From a virus (Duplodnaviria > Heunggongvirae > Uroviricota > Caudoviricetes): a stretch of DNA of 48,774 bases. The position numbers and the translations under genes are program-made. Below the pieces are notes generated by a model that did not search any database, was not told the DNA's origin, and worked only from the letters and a program-made list of their open reading frames with translations. The stretch lies in the IMG/VR virus record IMGVR_UViG_2909267149_000001. The stretch is one strand, 5' to 3'. Shown piece after piece: positions 46,798-48,774 of this stretch. Within the stretch, counting starts at the first letter, position 1; every line of letters begins with the position of its first letter.

Positions 46798-47883
46798 TTA
46801 AACGCTCGCTACATTATACCAGGTGCCATTTATATACTTTTGAACGGGTCTGTAATAAACGCCCGCTATATTATCGGCAGAGTTGGACCCTGTATCCTGA
46901 ACATTAATACCAGACAATACATGACCTGACGGGCACTGGAAATTCCATGTTTGCCAGTTGTTCACTCCATAATATTGCTGTGAACCAAGTCGAACATCTT
47001 TCACATATCTGGAATCAAAATTGCCATAGTTGCCGGGAATAACTTGCGCACCGCAAAGCCAGTTTCCGTTATTATCCATGTACGCCTGACCATCGGTGCC
47101 ATTGGTTGTCCTTGAATTATTAATCATGTAGATGCCAAATTGCTTGTTCCCCAGTCCACCTATCATGAACTTGCGGTCGGCGTGATTCTGGCGAAGCAAC
47201 GCCTGAGCGCTATCAGTGTTAACTATATTTTTCCCAAAGATAGCGTTGTTATCGCGCATCTGAATCCACATACCATTACTGCTGTTAATAGCAAAACGGT
47301 CTGAAAGTGTCTCCCCTGAAACATTAAGACCACGCCCCATCGAAACAGCGCCAGTAGCGTTATTAATCCATAATGGCCTTAATCCGTTATAAGTCCCCAT
47401 GTTGTCACCGGAGTTTGTCAACATGAAGTATGTATTTGAACCATCATTACGAATAAAGAATCCGTAATTACCATAAGCAATACGTAGGCCGTTTGCTGAT
47501 TTTGATATGACTTCGCCATTTACAATGGCATTGACAAGAACATACAAAGCATCCCATTTAAGATTCATCAGGTCTTTTGTTGTGGTACTTTGTTTGCTTC
47601 TCCATTTGAAATATTCATTGCCGTTGTCGCCTGTCTCAAACCACATGTATGAATCAGTGTCACCATCGGCATCATTTTTAAATCCAATCTTCACCCAGTC
47701 AGTATTTCGAATCCAGGCAAGGATTGAGTCATTTTCAAAAGTAAGCCCACCGGACAAAGTATCGCCATTTTTTTGCACGGCGTTACCAGCCCTGTTTACC
47801 GTTTCCTGTAAACCGAGGTTTTTGCGAATTGCCTCTGTGTCGTCTGAACGATATTTTTTCCCGCTTTTAGCAACAATCGCGGT
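46798..47883 (-). CDS. Alternative tail-fibre variable C-terminal segment (Sv'), lacking its own start
   Basis: Minus-strand frame is open from 47883 through the crossover site (by my hand translation); ends [12 protein letters not shown], parallel to the plus-strand fibre C-terminus. Confidence 0.65.
   Translation of the reverse strand, partial: TAIVAKSGKKYRSDDTEAIRKNLGLQETVNRAGNAVQKNGDTLSGGLTFENDSILAWIRNTDWVKIGFKNDADGDTDSYMWFETGDNGNEYFKWRSKQSTTTKDLMNLKWDALYVLVNAIVNGEVISKSANGLRIAYGNYGFFIRNDGSNTYFMLTNSGDNMGTYNGLRPLWINNATGAVSMGRGLNVSGETLSDRFAINSSNGMWIQMRDNNAIFGKNIVNTDSAQALLRQNHADRKFMIGGLGNKQFGIYMINNSRTTNGTDGQAYMDNNGNWLCGAQVIPGNYGNFDSRYVKDVRLGSQQYYGVNNWQTWNFQCPSGHVLSGINVQDTGSNSADNIAGVYYRPVQKYINGTWYNVASV
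47803..47828. promoter_or_regulatory. Inversion crossover site (gix/cix-like), right
   Basis: ttcctgtaaaccgaggtttttgcgaa, close to the Mu gix sequence from memory. Confidence 0.65.
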
Positions 47884-47892
47884 TTAGAAAGT

Positions 47893-48447
47893 ATGCAATA
47901 TGGTTATGCGAGGGTGTCAACTTTTGACCAGAATTTGGAATTACAATTGGAGGCGCTCAGGAGTTCAGGATGTGACCGGATTTTTGAAGATAAAATATCC
48001 GGTGCTAAATCAAAACGACCAGGACTTGATAAGCTACTGAAGGTGTTACGGCCGGGCGATACGGTTATTGTCTGGAAGCTGGACCGAATGGGGCGTTCTC
48101 TGATTCATCTTGTTGATTTACTAAACTATTTTTTATCAAACAACATTGAGTTTATTTCGATTACGGAAGGGATAAAAATTAGCACTTCAATTGGCCGCTT
48201 TGCCTACACGATGCTGAGTGCAGTCGCAGAGATGGAGCGGGAAAATATGATTGAAAGAACGCGTGCAGGATTGGCGGTGGCAAGGGCTAACGGCAGGATA
48301 GGAGGACGCCGCTCAAAATTGGCACCAGAGCAATGGGAACAGATCGGAAGGCTTATTGCGAATGGTGTTTCACGTAAGCGGATAGCGATTATCTTCGATG
48401 TTACCTTATCCACGCTTTACCGCAGGTTTCCGGCTGGGAATCATTGA
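47893..48447 (+). CDS. Serine DNA invertase, Gin/Cin/Hin/Pin family
   Basis: N-terminal YARVSTFDQ with catalytic Ser; C-terminal HTH; strong resemblance to Gin from memory; adjacent to the right crossover site. Confidence 0.9.
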   Translation: MQYGYARVSTFDQNLELQLEALRSSGCDRIFEDKISGAKSKRPGLDKLLKVLRPGDTVIVWKLDRMGRSLIHLVDLLNYFLSNNIEFISITEGIKISTSIGRFAYTMLSAVAEMERENMIERTRAGLAVARANGRIGGRRSKLAPEQWEQIGRLIANGVSRKRIAIIFDVTLSTLYRRFPAGNH

Positions 48448-48635
48448 CTGGAGTTAGGCCAGTAGTATGATGCTCGCAAAACGAGATCCAATTTAGATCC
48501 TTTTACTGGTGGATTATCGTTCGATCAGTGAGAGACTTCGTGCATGACCGAAAGTGTTGTGGTAGAGTTCTCTTAAAACCACGTAACGTGGTTATGATTG
48601 TGGGTGTCTGGTTGAAAAGTGACCAGATATGGAAA

Positions 48636-48665
48636 CAAAAAGCCCGCAGATAAATCTGCGGGCTT
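48636..48665 (-). terminator. Rho-independent terminator for a leftward transcript entering from beyond the window
   Basis: agcccgcagataaatctgcgggct hairpin followed by a T-run on the minus strand. Confidence 0.5.
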
Positions 48666-48774
48666 CTTGCGACATCCACGGAAAGGAAAACCAACAACTA
48701 ACCATGGGCGCCTCGACAACTCCCATTATACGTTGGTTTTCCGTGGACGCAAGAGCGAACATATGGATAGACCA

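Larger units (their letters stand above)
44996..47816. other. Invertible tail-fibre segment (Mu G / P1 C-segment-like, ~2.8 kb)
   Basis: Sv and chaperone on plus strand, inverted chaperone' and promoterless Sv' on minus strand, flanked by inverted crossover sites and followed by an invertase gene. Confidence 0.7.
1..48774. mobile_element. Temperate phage / phage-plasmid genome segment (plasmid-type replication and partition plus complete head, tail and lysis modules)
   Basis: Co-occurrence of RepA-like initiator, ParA-type partition ATPase, CI-like repressor, terminase, portal, capsid, sheath, tube, tape measure, tail fibre and invertase; no integrase ORF seen. Confidence 0.6.

Noticed and set aside
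1-48774. Search for an integrase or transposase
   Set aside because: No tyrosine or serine integrase-like ORF was seen other than the Gin-family invertase, whose context with crossover sites and a fibre segment marks it as an invertase. An integrase outside the window cannot be excluded.

Overview
This window reads as most of a temperate phage-plasmid-like element, with no integrase seen. From left to right: an IncFII-type RepA gene (1-837) with a DnaA box and AT-rich origin; a HigB/HigA-like toxin-antitoxin pair; a small accessory island; a minus-strand antirepressor operon with a long structured leader (P1 immI-like layout); a ParF/ParG-like partition locus with AT-rich repeat arrays; a lambda-CI-like repressor with CCACA-N3-TGTGG operators and a divergent Cro-like gene; early/accessory genes including a Q-like candidate, an ASCH-like protein and an Ea22-like protein; a lysis cassette (holins, GH108 endolysin, overlapping spanins); a tRNA with anticodon CAU; an MT-A70 DNA methyltransferase; a cluster of three ParB-N-domain proteins, one fused to a class-I methyltransferase-like domain; a lambda-like packaging and head module; a Mu/P2-like contractile tail module with a -1 frameshift chaperone; and a Mu G-segment-like invertible tail-fibre segment with a Gin/Cin/Hin-family invertase. 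The candidates I rank highest for novelty are the ParB-N/methyltransferase cluster, a ~118-bp promoter-leader element present in three near-identical copies, and an AT-rich palindromic motif shared between the partition locus and several other promoters. All calls come from reading the sequence and the supplied ORF translations; no database searches were run.
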